A stretch of DNA of 64,000 nt from Octopus sinensis (GCF_006345805.1 NC_043005.1:59024001-59088000), one strand, 5' to 3'. Numbered from the stretch's first letter, positions 25,707-40,109 are shown. A program made the numbers and translations. Notes: generated by a model not told the origin, from the sequence alone.

Positions 25707-26701
25707 TATATATATGTGTGTTTGTGTGTGTGTATCTATGTATGTGTATGTGTGTGTCTTTGTGTCTGTGTCTGTCCACACCACTGGTTGACAACTGGTG
25801 TTGATGTGCTTATGTCCCTATAACTTAGCGGTTTGGCAAATAACATTGTTAGAATAAGTAACGTCCTTTAAAATAAGTACTGGGATCGATTAGACTGACT
25901 AAAATTTTTCAATACACTCACAAGGCTTTAATCAGCCCGGGGGTATAGTAGAAGACACTTGCCCAAGGGGCCACACAGCGGGACTGAACCCTAAACCCTG
26001 TGGTTGATAAGCTAGCTACTTACCACACAGCCACATAATCACAGAACAACATGAACTGAAATGCTTTGCTCAAGAACACAATGCAGTGCCTGGTCTGGGA
26101 ATCGAAACCACAATCTCACAATCGTGAGTGCAACACCCTAACCACTAAGCCATGGTAAGTAATGGTAAGATCCAAGGACTATGATATAGGAAGATAGTAA
26201 GCTTAGAGTAGTCTGCAGGAAGTATAACATACAACTTTCCTGCTATCTATGAAACATATGTATTGTAGATTTTATCTGCTCCATTCCCTAATATAAATAG
26301 ATAGATAGATTGATAGATAGATAAATCGATAGATAGGTAGGTAGGTAGGTAGGTAGGTAGGTAAGTAAGTAGGTAGATAGATAGACAGACAGATATAAAT
26401 AAGTATGTATGCATGCCTCTTTTTGTGGGGATATAGGTGTGAGTGTGTGTACAAGTTATAAATCATTATTTATGACAGCGAGATAGCCAGATATAAACAC
26501 TAATAAATTTTCTATGCTTGTAAACACCAATTTACAATAGTAAAAAAACAACAACAACAAATACAGTTGAAGCCAATTGTGTTGGCACACTCTAACAACG
26601 GACAAGGTATGCTACAATATTCATAGTAATCATACTGAGTTTGTTCTTTCTTTTTATCAAATAATGTTTACAGTTGTGGAATATTTCATGTTATTTATAC
26701 A

Positions 26702-26733
<32 letters not shown>

Positions 26734-26916
26734 CATTCATATATATGATTGCATGAATGTGTATATGTATGCATGTATATATGCATATGTATATTTTTAT
26801 GTATATGTGTGCATGTGTATGTATATATGCAGTTGTAAATATGTGTGTATATGTATATATATATATATATATATAATATAGGTGTGTATGTATATGTGCA
26901 GATGTAAATGTGTGTG

Positions 26917-26958
<42 letters not shown>

Positions 26959-27269
26959 GTGTGTATGTGTGGACATATATACTTTTTTTCCTTTTACTTT
27001 ATTGCTATTAATAACGTTCATATAAAAACATATTATGTACATTTTCTCCTTCATGTGGTCCACTACATTGTTGTTTTGCTAAAGATCATTTCGAAATGTC
27101 ATAAAGAATTCAATTATTAAACTAGAATACAAGAAGGAGAAAAAAATTATATATTTCATTGATTTTAAATTCAGGAAGTTTGTATAAATAGAAAAATTGA
27201 GACCATTCTTTCATTGCATGAAGTCTTTTACTCATTTTTTGACATTGTTTAATATAGTGTAATTTACAA

Positions 27270-27290
27270 ATGTATCTGTCTATCTATCTG

Positions 27291-27375
<85 letters not shown>

Positions 27376-27418
27376 TTATCTATCTGTTTGTCTACCTATC
27401 TAGCTATATATCTATCTA

Positions 27419-27498
<80 letters not shown>

Positions 27499-27596
27499 CT
27501 CATCTATCTATCTGATTGTCTGCCTGCCTGACTACCTGTCTGTCTATCTGTTGTTTGTTTGTCTGTCATATATGAATGTATGTGCCTATCTGCTTG

Positions 27597-27640
<44 letters not shown>

Positions 27641-27784
27641 CATATGTACCTACCTACCAACCGACCTACCTACCTACTTACCTACATACCTACCTACCTA
27701 CCTACCTACATACCTACCTACCTACCTGTTTGTCTATCTATCTATCTATCTATCTATCTACATACCTACCTACCTACCTGTTTG

Positions 27785-27818
<34 letters not shown>

Positions 27819-27880
27819 AATCTATCTACTTATCTATCTATTTATCTATCTATCTAGCTAGCTATCTATTTATCCATCAA
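27270..27880. repeat. (ATCT)n/(ACCT)n tetranucleotide array
   Basis: Direct reading. Confidence 0.95.
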
Positions 27881-28590
27881 TCTTTATTTTTCTTTTCTCA
27901 CTGCATATATATATATATATATACACACACACGCGCGTGCAAATATATGTATCTGTGTGTACACTCACATGCATGTGTGTGATATATGTGTCTGTGTATA
28001 TGCATATATATATGTATGTACATATATGAATCTTCATATGTGTGTATGTACTTTTGTATATTTGTGTTTACCTTTACATGCATGAAAATGCATTTATTTA
28101 TATATTGAATGTGTGTGTTTTTTGTCTTTGTTTTTTTCTTTATTTTTGTAGTATTTTGACTAACGTCCATCAAAACTTTTTACAATGTTTCCTAATTAAA
28201 CACTGGAAGGAAGGAATGTTTGAAATAAATCAATAAAGCCACTCATATCTTTGGTAATTCTTCCCCCAGTTCTTCAAACCTGACCCACTCCTAACTTTGA
28301 TAATAATTTACTCACATCATCACCATTAGCATTTCTGTCTCATTGTAGACTTTCAGAAGCAATCAATTCCATTTTAATGTTTTTCTTCCTAGTTTACATT
28401 TTTCATTTTTTTTTCTTTTCTTTTTTTCTTTTTTTTTTTTTTGTTATATACGGTTTTTAACTTTTCCGTCTCTGTTGATGTTGCCAAAATTCTGTTTTAA
28501 ATTTGTTCTTTGCTTTCACGAGAGTGTCTTCAAGATTTTTCTGTTTTGTTTTTCATTTCTTTCTCTGTTTATTTTGTATTTTAAATCTAT

Positions 28591-28643
<53 letters not shown>

Positions 28644-30210
28644 TGTACACATGTATGTATATATATATATATATTATATATATATATATATATATACACA
28701 CATCCATATATGCATGTACACATGTATGTATATATATATGTGTGTGTATAATATATCTATATGTACGTATTTTATATATGTGTTTGTGTGTGGGTGTGTA
28801 CACATAGTTTCTATATTTTTTTTTATTCCTTTTCTTTCCTTTTTTATAATTTTCAACTTCAATTTTTTTGCATTCGCATTTTCGTTTTCGATAATTTCAA
28901 AATAGATAATTAACATGAACTTGATGCAGAAATATTGGGAAAAAATATATATGCACATGCATGTGTGCATGTGTGTGTGTGTGGAGATGGATGTTCTGAA
29001 GGTATAGTTGCTAGGATAAAAAGTGACTGGTGAAAATTCAGAGGGCTATTATTTATGTTAGTAATAAAAAGCCTTTCTCCAGAGTCAAAGGCAGATTGTT
29101 ATGGCACTTGTTTATGGATGGAAAGGCTGCATAACAGGGAAGTGTAGGCTGTGAATGCAAAGGACATGCAAAGACTAGGAAGAAATGAAGCTGCTGTGCA
29201 CCACAAGATGTGCAACGTCACTATGCACGTATGACAAAGTGCAAATCTGTTGAAAGAATAATTGGGCAAAAGAGGAATGAGGTGTAGTGTGCAAGAGAAA
29301 AGACACTGTTGGTATGGTGTGTGTGTGTGTTTGTGTGTGTGTGTTTGTATGTATGCCTGCATGTATTTGTGCATGTGTGTATGTTTGTGTGTGCATGTGT
29401 GTGTATGTGTGTGCATGTGTGCAAACACGTGTTTGTGTGCATGTGTATGTGTGTGTGCATGTGTGTGCATATGTGTGTACGTGCAAGTGTGTAATTGTGT
29501 GTTCATGTGTGCGTATGTGTTTGTGTGCATGTGTGTTAATTTTGCATAATTTTTCACAAAGCTAAGACAAAAATGAGCACCATGTCTCAAACTCTAGCAA
29601 CTCTTGCCAGTATGGAAATTGAACATTTAAATATCATCAGTCTCATCTTGATTATTTTTATTGTATCATTATCCTTACCATCAGCATCACCATCATTATA
29701 ATCATATTCATATATCATCATCATCAACATCATCATTGGCAGCCTGACAATAATCAACAGTTACCATGGTGGGTGAAATGCTTAGCAGTATTTCGTCTGT
29801 CTTTACATTGTGAGTTCAAATTCTGCCAAGGTTGACTTTGTCTTTCATCCTTCCACAGTCGATAGATTAAGCACCAGCTGTGTACTAGAGTCGATCTAAT
29901 TGACTCAAAATTTCAGGCCTTGTGCCTAGAGTAGAAAAGAATAATCAACAGTTACTCTCTATATGATGTCATGTGTCATTTCATGATCATCAGAAATAAA
30001 TCAATCTTCACCACTCAGATGCCTTGGGTTCAAGCAAGACTAAGAAAAAATAACAGAAACTTGTTGCAAGGTGTGTTCACCACAGGAGAGATCTTCAGAG
30101 GGAGAACTCCCATCTCACAAGTGTTTCGGCCTTTATACCTGACACTCTACAGGAGCTGGGCCCACCCAGATCATAACAACCAGGTATCCTCCTGCTGCTT
30201 TCCAAAATCT

Positions 30211-30298
30211 TGTCTCCAGTGGGATTTGAACCTGGGTCATTCTTTTTGTGCACTTGTGTTCTCAAGTCTGTATTGCAGATCACTAGGCCACTCTGACC
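30211..30298 (-). pseudogene. tRNA-Leu-like sequence (SINE head or tRNA pseudogene)
   Basis: GGTCAGAGTGGCCTAGTGATCT..CAGACTTGAG..GGTTCAAATCCCACTGGAGACA; A and B boxes present, stems imperfect. Confidence 0.45.
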
Positions 30299-31176
30299 AA
30301 TGAGTAAGTAACCAATGAAATCCATAACTAGGTCCATTGGTCATTCCTCTTCACCCCTATCCACATTAAGCTCTTTTCAGCAACATCAGACTATGGAAGA
30401 ATGCATACATCATAAGTGCTGCACCATGAGATTGAACCAAGGTCTTGTAATATGAAAGCAAATTTCTGATGACATGGCCACATTAAATGTCCAGACTAAA
30501 TGATCTTGCAATATTTAGTCTGGCATTCTTGTTCTGTGTTCAAATTCTGCCAAGGTTGACTTTACCGTTCATCCTTTTGAGATCGATAAAATAAGTACTA
30601 GTTGACCACTGGAAATGATGTAATCGACTTAGCCCTGTCCCTGAAATTGCTGACCTTGTGCTAAAATTTGTATGCCATATAGTGAGACTGAACCCGGAAC
30701 CATGTCGTTGAAAAGCAAGCTACTTACCACACAGCCTGCACCTATTAAATACAAAAATAAAAATTATTATTGCATGATGAAAGCTGTGAAACCAGGTATC
30801 CATGCCTCACACCCGCTGACTTTTTTGTTCTCTCTCTCTCTCACATATATATAATTAACAAGCTTATATATGTATATGAATATATATGATATATATGTGC
30901 TAAGAAGTTTGCTTCCCAACCACATAGTTCCGTGTTCAGTCCCATTGTGTGACACCTTGGGAAAGTGTCTTCTACTATAGCCTTGGGCTGACCAAAGCCT
31001 TGTGAGTGGATTTGGTAAAAACCTGAAGGATCACTGCAATAAGTGTGTGAATCTAAGAAAGGAATATGTTGAAAAAAGTCATAATTAACAGATTTTGTAT
31101 ATTCTTTTACCAAAAGCTAGGAAGTTCTCAACATTCCCTTGTATATAACCTTTATGTATATATTTTAAAAATATAA

Positions 31177-31420
31177 AAGTTTCAAAGAAGTTATTATGTC
31201 TAATCATTTTCCTGTATTTTAACATTTCCACAGAGTGAGATAAATCTTTAAAATTATGTCAGCATGGAAGACAGATATTAAACGATGATGATAGTGATGA
31301 TAAGATAAAAGACAGAGTGACATAGCTACTCCATAATCATCATCATCGTCATTATCCTCTTCCTCCTCCTCCTTCTCCTCCTCCTCCTCCTCCTCCTCAT
31401 CATCATCATCATAATCATCA
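31177..31420 (+). repeat. Dispersed direct duplication, copy 1 (copy 2 at 34175-34410)
   Basis: ~240 bp with few substitutions, ~3.0 kb apart. Confidence 0.9.
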
Positions 31421-31439
31421 TCATCATCAACCACAACAA

Positions 31440-32140
31440 CAACTGTTTGATATTGGAGCTGGCTAGCAGGAAGCAGTCCAAACTCCAGCTGTCTGTTTCA
31501 GCATAGCTTCTATGGCTAGATGCCCATTTTGGAGCCAACCACTTAACAGGGTGTGCTAAGTGCTTTGTGTGTGCCACTGGCATGGTTGCCTTTACACAGC
31601 ACTGGTGTGGGTGTTTTAGTGTAGCACTGACTGGCATGGGTGCTTTTTAAGGCAGTGATTTTATTTAGCTTGATTTGTCTTATGTGCAGCAAATTACCAT
31701 GTCTCTCAGTCCTTTGTCATTTCCTCAGTGAGGTCCAATTTTCAAAGATCCTTTCTCACCACTTTGTCCTACGTCTTCCTGGATCTACCCCTTCCACAAG
31801 TAACCTCCACACACAAGACGGTGATCTGGCAGAAACGTTAGCACACCGGACGAAATACTTAGCGGTATTTCGTCTACAGCTACGTTCTGAGTTCAAATTC
31901 CGCCTAGGTCGACTTTGCATTTCATCCTTTCAGGGTCGATTAAATAAGTACCAGTTACGCACTGGGGTTGATGTAATCAACTTAATCCGTTTGTCTGTCC
32001 TTGTCTGTCCCTCTGTGTTTGGCCCCTTGTGGGCAATAAAGAAATAGGTATCCTCCACACTTGGAGCTTGGCACTTCTTTATGCAGTTGTCCTCATCCAC
32101 ATGCATCACATAACCAAACCAACACATCTGATGCCCTGTT
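31440..32140 (-). mobile_element. RTE LINE 3' end interrupted by SINE B
   Basis: RCWFGYVMHVDEDNCIKKCQAPSVE | VTCGRGRSRKT*DKVVRKDL.. plus 3' UTR. Confidence 0.8.
31813..32051 (+). mobile_element. SINE family B with 9-bp TSD
   Basis: cctccacac at 31804-31812 and 32052-32060. Confidence 0.88.
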
Positions 32141-33427
32141 TTCCTCTTAAATCACTTACACTCTGTTGTGCATGCATGCAAAAATTAATAATAAATTCCT
32201 ATTCCAAAGAGGGTGAAAGAAACAATTGAAAACTATTAATTTTTTATGTTACATGAACCTGGTTAACATTGCATCAGTTTTTGTTTCTTTAAGCTTATTT
32301 AAAGCCCTTCATTTTAATTTGTTCATATTTGATTCAGAACTTTCCATCATAAATTTCTTTGAAATCTATTTTGCTTTTTACTAGTTAAGTCCCCAACAAC
32401 AGCTTAATAATTTTTTTAAAAAAGCAGTATTTTACTAAATCTTACCAATTTGCTGGTCATCTTAAAAAATTAATTAAAAATCATAGGTAGTGTATTGTAT
32501 TAGATATATGGTCACAAATGTGCTAAGTGTATAGAATACAGAAACATCATTTTTTTAAAAGAATATAAAGAGATTGTCATTTAATTTAATTTGTCTATAT
32601 GTTCTTCTTTTTGTTCCCAATTGAGTAGTGGTGGTTGGTGTTGTATTATAGCTGGGTTATGAATAATTTAATGTCTTTTATAGAACATTTGCTTATTTAT
32701 CTATTTGTTCGTTTATGAGTTTAACATTTTGACAGTGTTTCTTTGAAGTACTTTGTAAATCGTATCTGAAATATTGAATGCACTTAATAGTTTTCTTACA
32801 GTTTCATACATTACAAATTCATAAGGGAGTTGTAGTATTGTTTACTCTAATTATTGGAATTTCTTCACACTGGGAGATTTCTCTTGAAAGAACATCAGTC
32901 AATCTTTTTCTTGAATTATTTATTTATTCATTAATTCTATTTTTGTCTTAAATGTTATTCACGATAATTGATATTGACTGATGGCGATGAGGAAGGGATA
33001 TAATATTTTTAAAGACAATTCCATTTGAATACAAAACCGTATTTATGTTATTTACACATGGAGGAATGAAATGGCAAGAGACCAACTATCTGATGAATTG
33101 GAACAGAAAAACATTTGATTGAGGAAACAAAACACCATCATGTCTTTGTTCCTGATTTTGTTTATCTTTTATCTAAATTTGCGCAAATAAATGATCAAAG
33201 ACATGCCACCTTAACCATCTTTTTGAGATAATTTCCAGGCCTACATTTGTCAAATGATTCCTTCCATTTTTCTGACAGTAGGGTATAATTTCAGAGAAGG
33301 TAGTGAACAGTCAAACATGCAAGGTCATTGAGTAGAAAACCTTGTGGAAAGTGTTTCATTGCACTCTGAGTTCAAATTTGACTTTCATCATTTAAATGTT
33401 GATAAAATAAAAAAACATAAAGCGTCG

Positions 33428-33685
33428 TGGAGGCGCATGGCTTAGTGGTTAGGGTGTCAGCACCATGATCATAAGATTGTGGTTTCGATTCCTGGACCGG
33501 GCAATGCATTGTGTTCTTGAGCAAAACACTTCATTTCACGTTGCTCCAGTCCACTCAGCTGGCAAAAATGAGTAACGCTGTGATGGACTGGTGTCCTGTC
33601 CAGCTGGGGAACACATACGCCATAGAAACTGGGAAACCAGGCCCATGAGCCTGGTTAGGCTTTAAAAGGGGCGCCTTTATTTATT
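33428..33685 (+). mobile_element. SINE family C, full length
   Basis: A box tggcttagtgg, B box ggtttcgattcc; homologous to 42107-42355 and 55826-56068. Confidence 0.85.
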
Positions 33686-34174
33686 TTAATAAAGGGTCAG
33701 TACTGGGCAGTGCATTGGGGAAAGCTATTAGAGTGCTGAAAGACCTGACTTGTAGCATCTGATCTGGTTCTTTGCCTTCTGATTTCAAATTACATATTCA
33801 CACACTCACACATCCTCACACAATCTTCTTCATGTTATAACAGATATGCATGCATAACATCACCATATTTCTCTACATAAAATGCACAACCCAACAACAT
33901 ACACATATACAACCTACACACACATGCCATACATACACTGCTTTCCAATCACGACACAGAACACACCATCACCATACATAAACGCATAAAAAAAATGTTT
34001 GTAAACACTTGCACACAACACACACACATTGTACCTACAAGGCAACATTACAGATATCTAGTCAACTGGCTCATACATTAACTCCCTTTTCTATGGCTCT
34101 TTTAGTTGTAAAATACCATATCTAACTTCTTCCACTTCTGTCTACTATTCACTTCAGAGAATGCTACTCATCAT

Positions 34175-34410
34175 AAGTTTTAAAGAAGTTATTATGTCTA
34201 ATCATTTTCCGGTATTTTAACATTTCCACAGAGTGAGATAAATCTTTAAAATTATGTCAGTATGGAAGGCAGATGTTAAACGATGATGATAGTGATGATA
34301 AGATAAAAGACAGAGTGAAATAGCTACTCCATAATCATCATCATCGTCATTATCCTCTTCCTCCTCCTCCTCCTCCTCCTCCTCCTCATCATCATCATCA
34401 TCATAATCAT
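34175..34410 (+). repeat. Dispersed direct duplication, copy 2
   Basis: Matches 31177-31420. Confidence 0.9.
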
Positions 34411-34894
34411 CATTTAATGTCAGCTTTCCATGCTGGGGTGGGTTGGACTGTTTGACATTGGATTCCCACTGTCCCTATCTACTGTCTAGCAAAACCACAG
34501 CCAAGGGAACATTAGAGAAATATGAAGTTACTTGCTGGTATTTGTATTTTTCTAATGACCCCCCCCCCCTAAATTACCATTTGTTTATATTTTGAAGTCT
34601 TTGTTCTGCTTCTGATTTCAGGTTGATCCAGTATATACTAATTTTGGTGAGGTCATAGTTGGCTGTACTGCTCTTAAAGATATACTTTTGTATAACCCAA
34701 AGAACTGTGACATACACTTCAAACTTTTGCTCAAACAAACAATGGATGGAATTGACTTACCATTTGAAAAATGCACAGGTAACATAGCTTTTCATTTCCT
34801 TCGTTTTATTTTTTCTGTCAATATGACCTCAGCAAATGAAACAATTCAACTGTAACAAGAAGAAAATTTTACAACATGTGTAAGCTAATACTGA

Positions 34895-35268
34895 AAAATT
34901 ATGTTTGGAAATACCACGTGGTTCCAGGTTCAGTCCTACTGTGTGGCACTTCGAGCAAGTATCTTTCTACTATATTGTCAGGCTGACCAAAGCCTTGCGT
35001 GTGGATTTGGTAGATGGAAACTGAAAGAAGTCTGTCGTATATGTGTTGTGTGTGTGTGTGTGAGTGTGTGTTTGTGTGTGTGTATGTATCTGTGTGTTTA
35101 CACCCTTGTAACTTAGCAGTTTGGCAAAAGAGACCGGTAGATTAAGTACCAGGCTTCAAAAAATAAAAGAAAGTAATGGGTTGATTCATTTGATTAATAT
35201 TCTCGAAGATGGTGCTCCAGCATGGCCGCAGTCTGATAACTGAAACAATTAAAAGAATAAAAGTATAA
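34895..35268 (+). mobile_element. SINE family A
   Basis: Homology to 61406-61778. Confidence 0.8.
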
Positions 35269-35432
35269 AAGAATATATATATGAAGGTATATTTACATAT
35301 TTCCCCAAGGCCAAACACATTACGTGCAAGTTTGGAAATGAGCAACCTTGCTCACATAGCAGTAGTGATGATCACTCACTATCATCACATGATGTTAAAT
35401 CAGAGGCACAACACATACACACACAGACACAT

Positions 35433-35489
<57 letters not shown>

Positions 35490-35742
35490 ACACCACACAC
35501 ACACACACACACACACACCCATGCACGCACACACACTCACGCAGACACAATCATACTCTCTCACACACAACAGGTTTCTTTCCTTTTCCATTGACCAAAT
35601 CCACACACTAGACTTTGGTCAGGATTATAGTAGAAGACATTGCTCATGATGCCATATAGAAGAATTAAACCAGACACCACATGGCTGGGAAGGAAGCTTA
35701 TTAACCTCTCGGTCACAACCTTGTTTGTTCATCATGTGTTTA

Positions 35743-35776
<34 letters not shown>

Positions 35777-35931
35777 ATTTAGAGACAAACCGCTATTTAG
35801 TTATTCCTTCAATAGTGAAAGGATATTATCTATAATAACAACATAGAAATTAATTAAATATCTTATAATTATTATTCTAAAAATCTCATTACAAATCAAA
35901 CATTAAATTGACTACGCACGTTTCATGACTA

Positions 35932-36000
<69 letters not shown>

Positions 36001-36865
36001 GTGAATTTTGATTTAGTTGTGGTAAATTGAAATTTTTTCCTGTTAGCTTGGAATTATTACATTCCCTAACTATTAATAATATATATCTATACATATATAT
36101 ATATATACATATATGTACATGTGTGTGTAGTAAATCTTTAAATATCTTAGATGTAGAGATAATTTTGCATAGCATTTCATAACTAGGCTTTTGGTTGGCA
36201 ATTTTCTTCATTTATTCTTACAGCCTGCCTTGAACTTTCATTTACCGCTCTTGTCTGATATAAAGCATCAGATTAGAATTGAGCCTCTTATTCTAAATGT
36301 GTTATGCATACAGGAATTGGCAGTCACAGAGCTTCATTCTCTTCCCACCCACATGCAACTTAGCATGTCTCTTGTTTGGTATTTCTGAAGCCAGCTGTTA
36401 AAACTATGAAGAACCATCTTTTCCAACTGCTTCCTTTCAGTATTCCAGCAGTCACCAACTGAACAGAACTTTTACATATAAAGTGATGTCCAATAATACA
36501 AGCTTTCTGGTTTTCCTGTACTGGAAACATTTCATTTCCAGTCTAAGGTTTATAATGCTCGCACACATGCATGCATGCATGCATGCATGCACGCACGGAT
36601 ACACACACTTACATACACACAAAGGAAATAGGTTCTTGAGTCATAGACCCCTTAGACTGGTTTCTCAGAAACGTCTATAGGTTTGTTTCCAAAATACTAC
36701 GTGCTTGAATTAATTCTAGACAATAACACAACCCCAAATTTAATCAATTAAAAATTATTCTAAAACACCTTTCCATAAAAACCTAATTACCACCCAACTC
36801 AAATTCACACGCCCAAATTCACACGCTCAATAGAGACTATATACAGTCTCAACAGAGACTATATA

Positions 36866-37100
36866 TAGGCAGCAAGCTGGCGGAAACATTAGCACACTGG
36901 GTTAAATGCTAAGCGGTATTTCATCTGCCGTTACGTTCTGAGTTCAAATTCTGCCGAGGTCAACTTTGCCTTTCATCCTTTAAGGGTTGATAAATTAAGT
37001 ACCAGTCACATACTTGAGTCGATGTAATCGACTTAATCTGTTTGTCTGTCCTTGTTTGTCCCCTCTATGTTTAGCCCCTTGTGGGCAATAAAGAAGTAAG
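36866..37100 (+). mobile_element. SINE family B
   Basis: Homology to 31813-32051. Confidence 0.85.
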
Positions 37101-37199
37101 GGACTATATATAGACAAAACTAACTCCACTGCATTGTAGTCTGATGATGGCTAAGCTGGTTGAAACTTCAAAGTTGCTGTCAACAACATTCTGGTCATC

Positions 37200-37296
37200 A
37201 ACAAACTGAAGCCAGCAATTCACACCAGATGCCAAAGTCTATTGCTGAAGAAAATTTCATTGTTGCATGACAATGCACACCCACACACTGCTGTCA
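37200..37296 (+). mobile_element. mariner transposase fragment
   Basis: NKLKPAIHTRCQSLLLKKISLLHDNAHPHTA (HDNA motif). Confidence 0.7.
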
Positions 37297-37595
37297 GACC
37301 ATAGCCTCGGAGTGATTTGGGAGACGGAAACTGAAAGAAGCCCGTCGTATATATGCATATATATATATATATGCTTGTGTGTGTTTGTGTGTTGGTGTTT
37401 GTCCCCCTAGCATTGCTTGACAACCGATGCTGGTGTGTTTACGTCCCCATTACTTAGCAGTTCGGCAAAAGAGACCGATAGCATAAGTACAGGGCTTACA
37501 AAAGAATAAGTTCTGGGGTCGAGTTGCTCGATTTAAGGCGGTGCTCCAGCATGGCCGCAGTCAAATGACTGAAACAAGTAAAAGAGTAAAAGAGT
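37297..37595 (+). mobile_element. SINE family A, 5' truncated
   Basis: Homology to 61406-61778. Confidence 0.85.
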
Positions 37596-37836
37596 AATAT
37601 ATATAAAATTAGAAAAAACGCCTTTTATCAATTCAAAATGAACAATTAAATTACACCATCTAGAAAATTACATATAATAGAAATATTGAAGTAAAAATAA
37701 CAATAAAATACCAAATATTAAGTAAATTGCAAAAAAAATAATAAAAACGTACATAATTGGTGTGAAATTTTATTTAGTATTTCTAAATTGAAATTTTTCC
37801 CTGTAAGTTTGGATTAATATTCCCTCAAATAATTAT

Positions 37837-37875
<39 letters not shown>

Positions 37876-37945
37876 AACATATATATACATATTAGCAATT
37901 CACAAACACACAAAGACTGTTAATTTCACTCAGACATATGGTATA

Positions 37946-37981
<36 letters not shown>

Positions 37982-37990
37982 TATATATTC

Positions 37991-39161
37991 CTTCTTGTGA
38001 CACTTGTGAAGACCTGTTGAGGCAAGTGAAAATCAAAATCAAAACAAATCAAAATAGATGAACATCAATGGAATCTGTATCTTTGTGGTACCAGTGCCGG
38101 TGGCACACAAGAGAACCATCCGAACGTGGCCGTAGCCAGTTCCGCATCGACCGGCCTCCGTGCTGTGGGCACGTAACAAACACCATCCGATCATGGCCGT
38201 TCGCCAGCCTCATCTGGCACCTGTGTCGGTGGCACATAAAAACACCTTCCGAAGACCCGGCAAGACTAGTCAGTCCACCTGTGCATACCTTCCTTCTTGT
38301 GACACTTGTGAAGACCGGTTGAGGCAAGTGAAAATCAAATCAAATCAAATCAAAATAGACAAAATAGATGAACATCAATGGAATTTGTATCTTGTGGTAT
38401 CAGTGCCTGTGGCACACAAGAAATCCATCAGTGCTGTAGTCAGTGCGGTGGGCACATGACAAACACCATCCGATCGTGGCCGTTCGCCAGCCTCATCTAG
38501 CACCTGTGTCGGTGGCACATAAAAACACCATCCGAAGACCCGGCAAGACTAGTCAGGCCATAACCATGGCCCCTACCTGGGACGTAGTCAGTCCACCTGT
38601 GCATACCTTCCTTCTTGTGACACTTGTGAAGACCTGTTGAGGCAAGTGAAAATCAAAACAAATCAAAATAGATGAACATCAATGGAATTTGTATCTTGTG
38701 GTACCAGTGCCGGTGGCATGTGGCACACAAGAAAACCATCCGAACGTGGCCGTAGCCAGTACCGCATCGACTGGCCTCCGTGCTGTGGGCACGTAACAAG
38801 CACCATCCGATCGTGGCCGTTTGCCAGCCTCATCTGGCACCTGTGTCGGTGGCACATAAAAACACCATCCGAGCGTGGCCGTCTGCCAGCCTCGTCTGGC
38901 ACCTGTGTCGGTGGCACATAAAAACACCATCCGAGCGTGGCCGTTTGCCAGCCTCGTCTGGCACCTGTGTCGGTGGCACATAAAATCACCCACTACACTC
39001 TCGGAGTGGTTGGCGTTAGGAAGGGCATCCAGCTGTAGAAACACTGCCAGATCTGACTGGACTGGTGCAGCTTTCGGGCTCCCCAGACCCCAGTTGAACC
39101 GTCCAACCCATGCTAGCATGGAAAGCGGACGTTAAATGATGATGATGATGATGATGATGAT
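37991..39161 (+). mobile_element. Triplicated RTE-type 3' UTR with internal 62-bp tandem units
   Basis: Units start at 37991, 38293 and 38611; 62-bp repeats at 38836, 38898 and 38960; ends in (TGA)n. Confidence 0.85.
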
Positions 39162-40109
39162 ATATATATGCATATATATTCTGCCGTGCGGAATTCTGCT
39201 ATGCAGAATTGCCATGCTTGCAAAATACTTATATAATGCATTTCATCTGTTTTTATATTTTGAGTTCAAATTTTTCTGAGGTTGACTTTGCTTTTCATCC
39301 TTCTGGGGTTGATAAGATAAGTACCAGTTGAGGACAGGGGGTCAATACAATTGACTTATCCCCAGCCCCTGAAATTTGCTAACCTTGTACCAAAATTTGA
39401 AACCGGATAATATAAATCTGATTCAACTGAGAAAAAGACCGAATGTGTATCACAGACCTGGTTTTCTGCAAACTCACCATGCACAACTAATGCCAAAACC
39501 AGAGCTAAAATCCCACCACCTCCATACCATATAACACCACACTAAAACCAAGCCAAACCAAACCAAACCAAACCAAACCAAATCAATCACACAACATCCT
39601 ACAGTACACCGTTATCAGTAGCTACTTTATGATGTTTTCATAGTTGATCATTATTTCAGGTCAATACGAAAACATTTAGTTAGCCAATTTGATATCAATT
39701 TATCTACTCCTTATAACAAGTAAACAATCACATAGGGTTATGCCAGCTGGAAATTGGAGAAATCTTGCATGCTTCAGCTTTTACTACTACTACTACTACT
39801 ACTACTACTAATGATCTTTCCCTCACTGTATGTCTTTCTTTCCCTGATCTTTTCCCCTTTCCCTCTCCTTCTCTCTCTGCCTCTGTCTCTCTGTTTCTCT
39901 CTCCTTTTCTCTCTTACCTTTAAATGAGTACTTTCCATTTTGCAACAATACGCACATGCAGAGACGATATACATGCATACACATACACTTACACACACAC
40001 ACGTACATGCATACATATAGGCATACATATACGCATGCAAATCTATTGATTCAAGCAGATGTTCCCTGTTTATCGGATTGAGCTCACCACCGATGACCAT
40101 GATGATGAC

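Noticed and set aside
33428-33500. tRNA-like A/B boxes at SINE heads (also 42107, 55826, 61406)
   Set aside because: No cloverleaf; they continue into shared SINE bodies, so they are not tRNA genes
38770-38990. Regular 62-bp repeats resembling a CRISPR array
   Set aside because: No unique spacers, eukaryotic context, and the unit is part of the RTE 3' UTR seen elsewhere in the window
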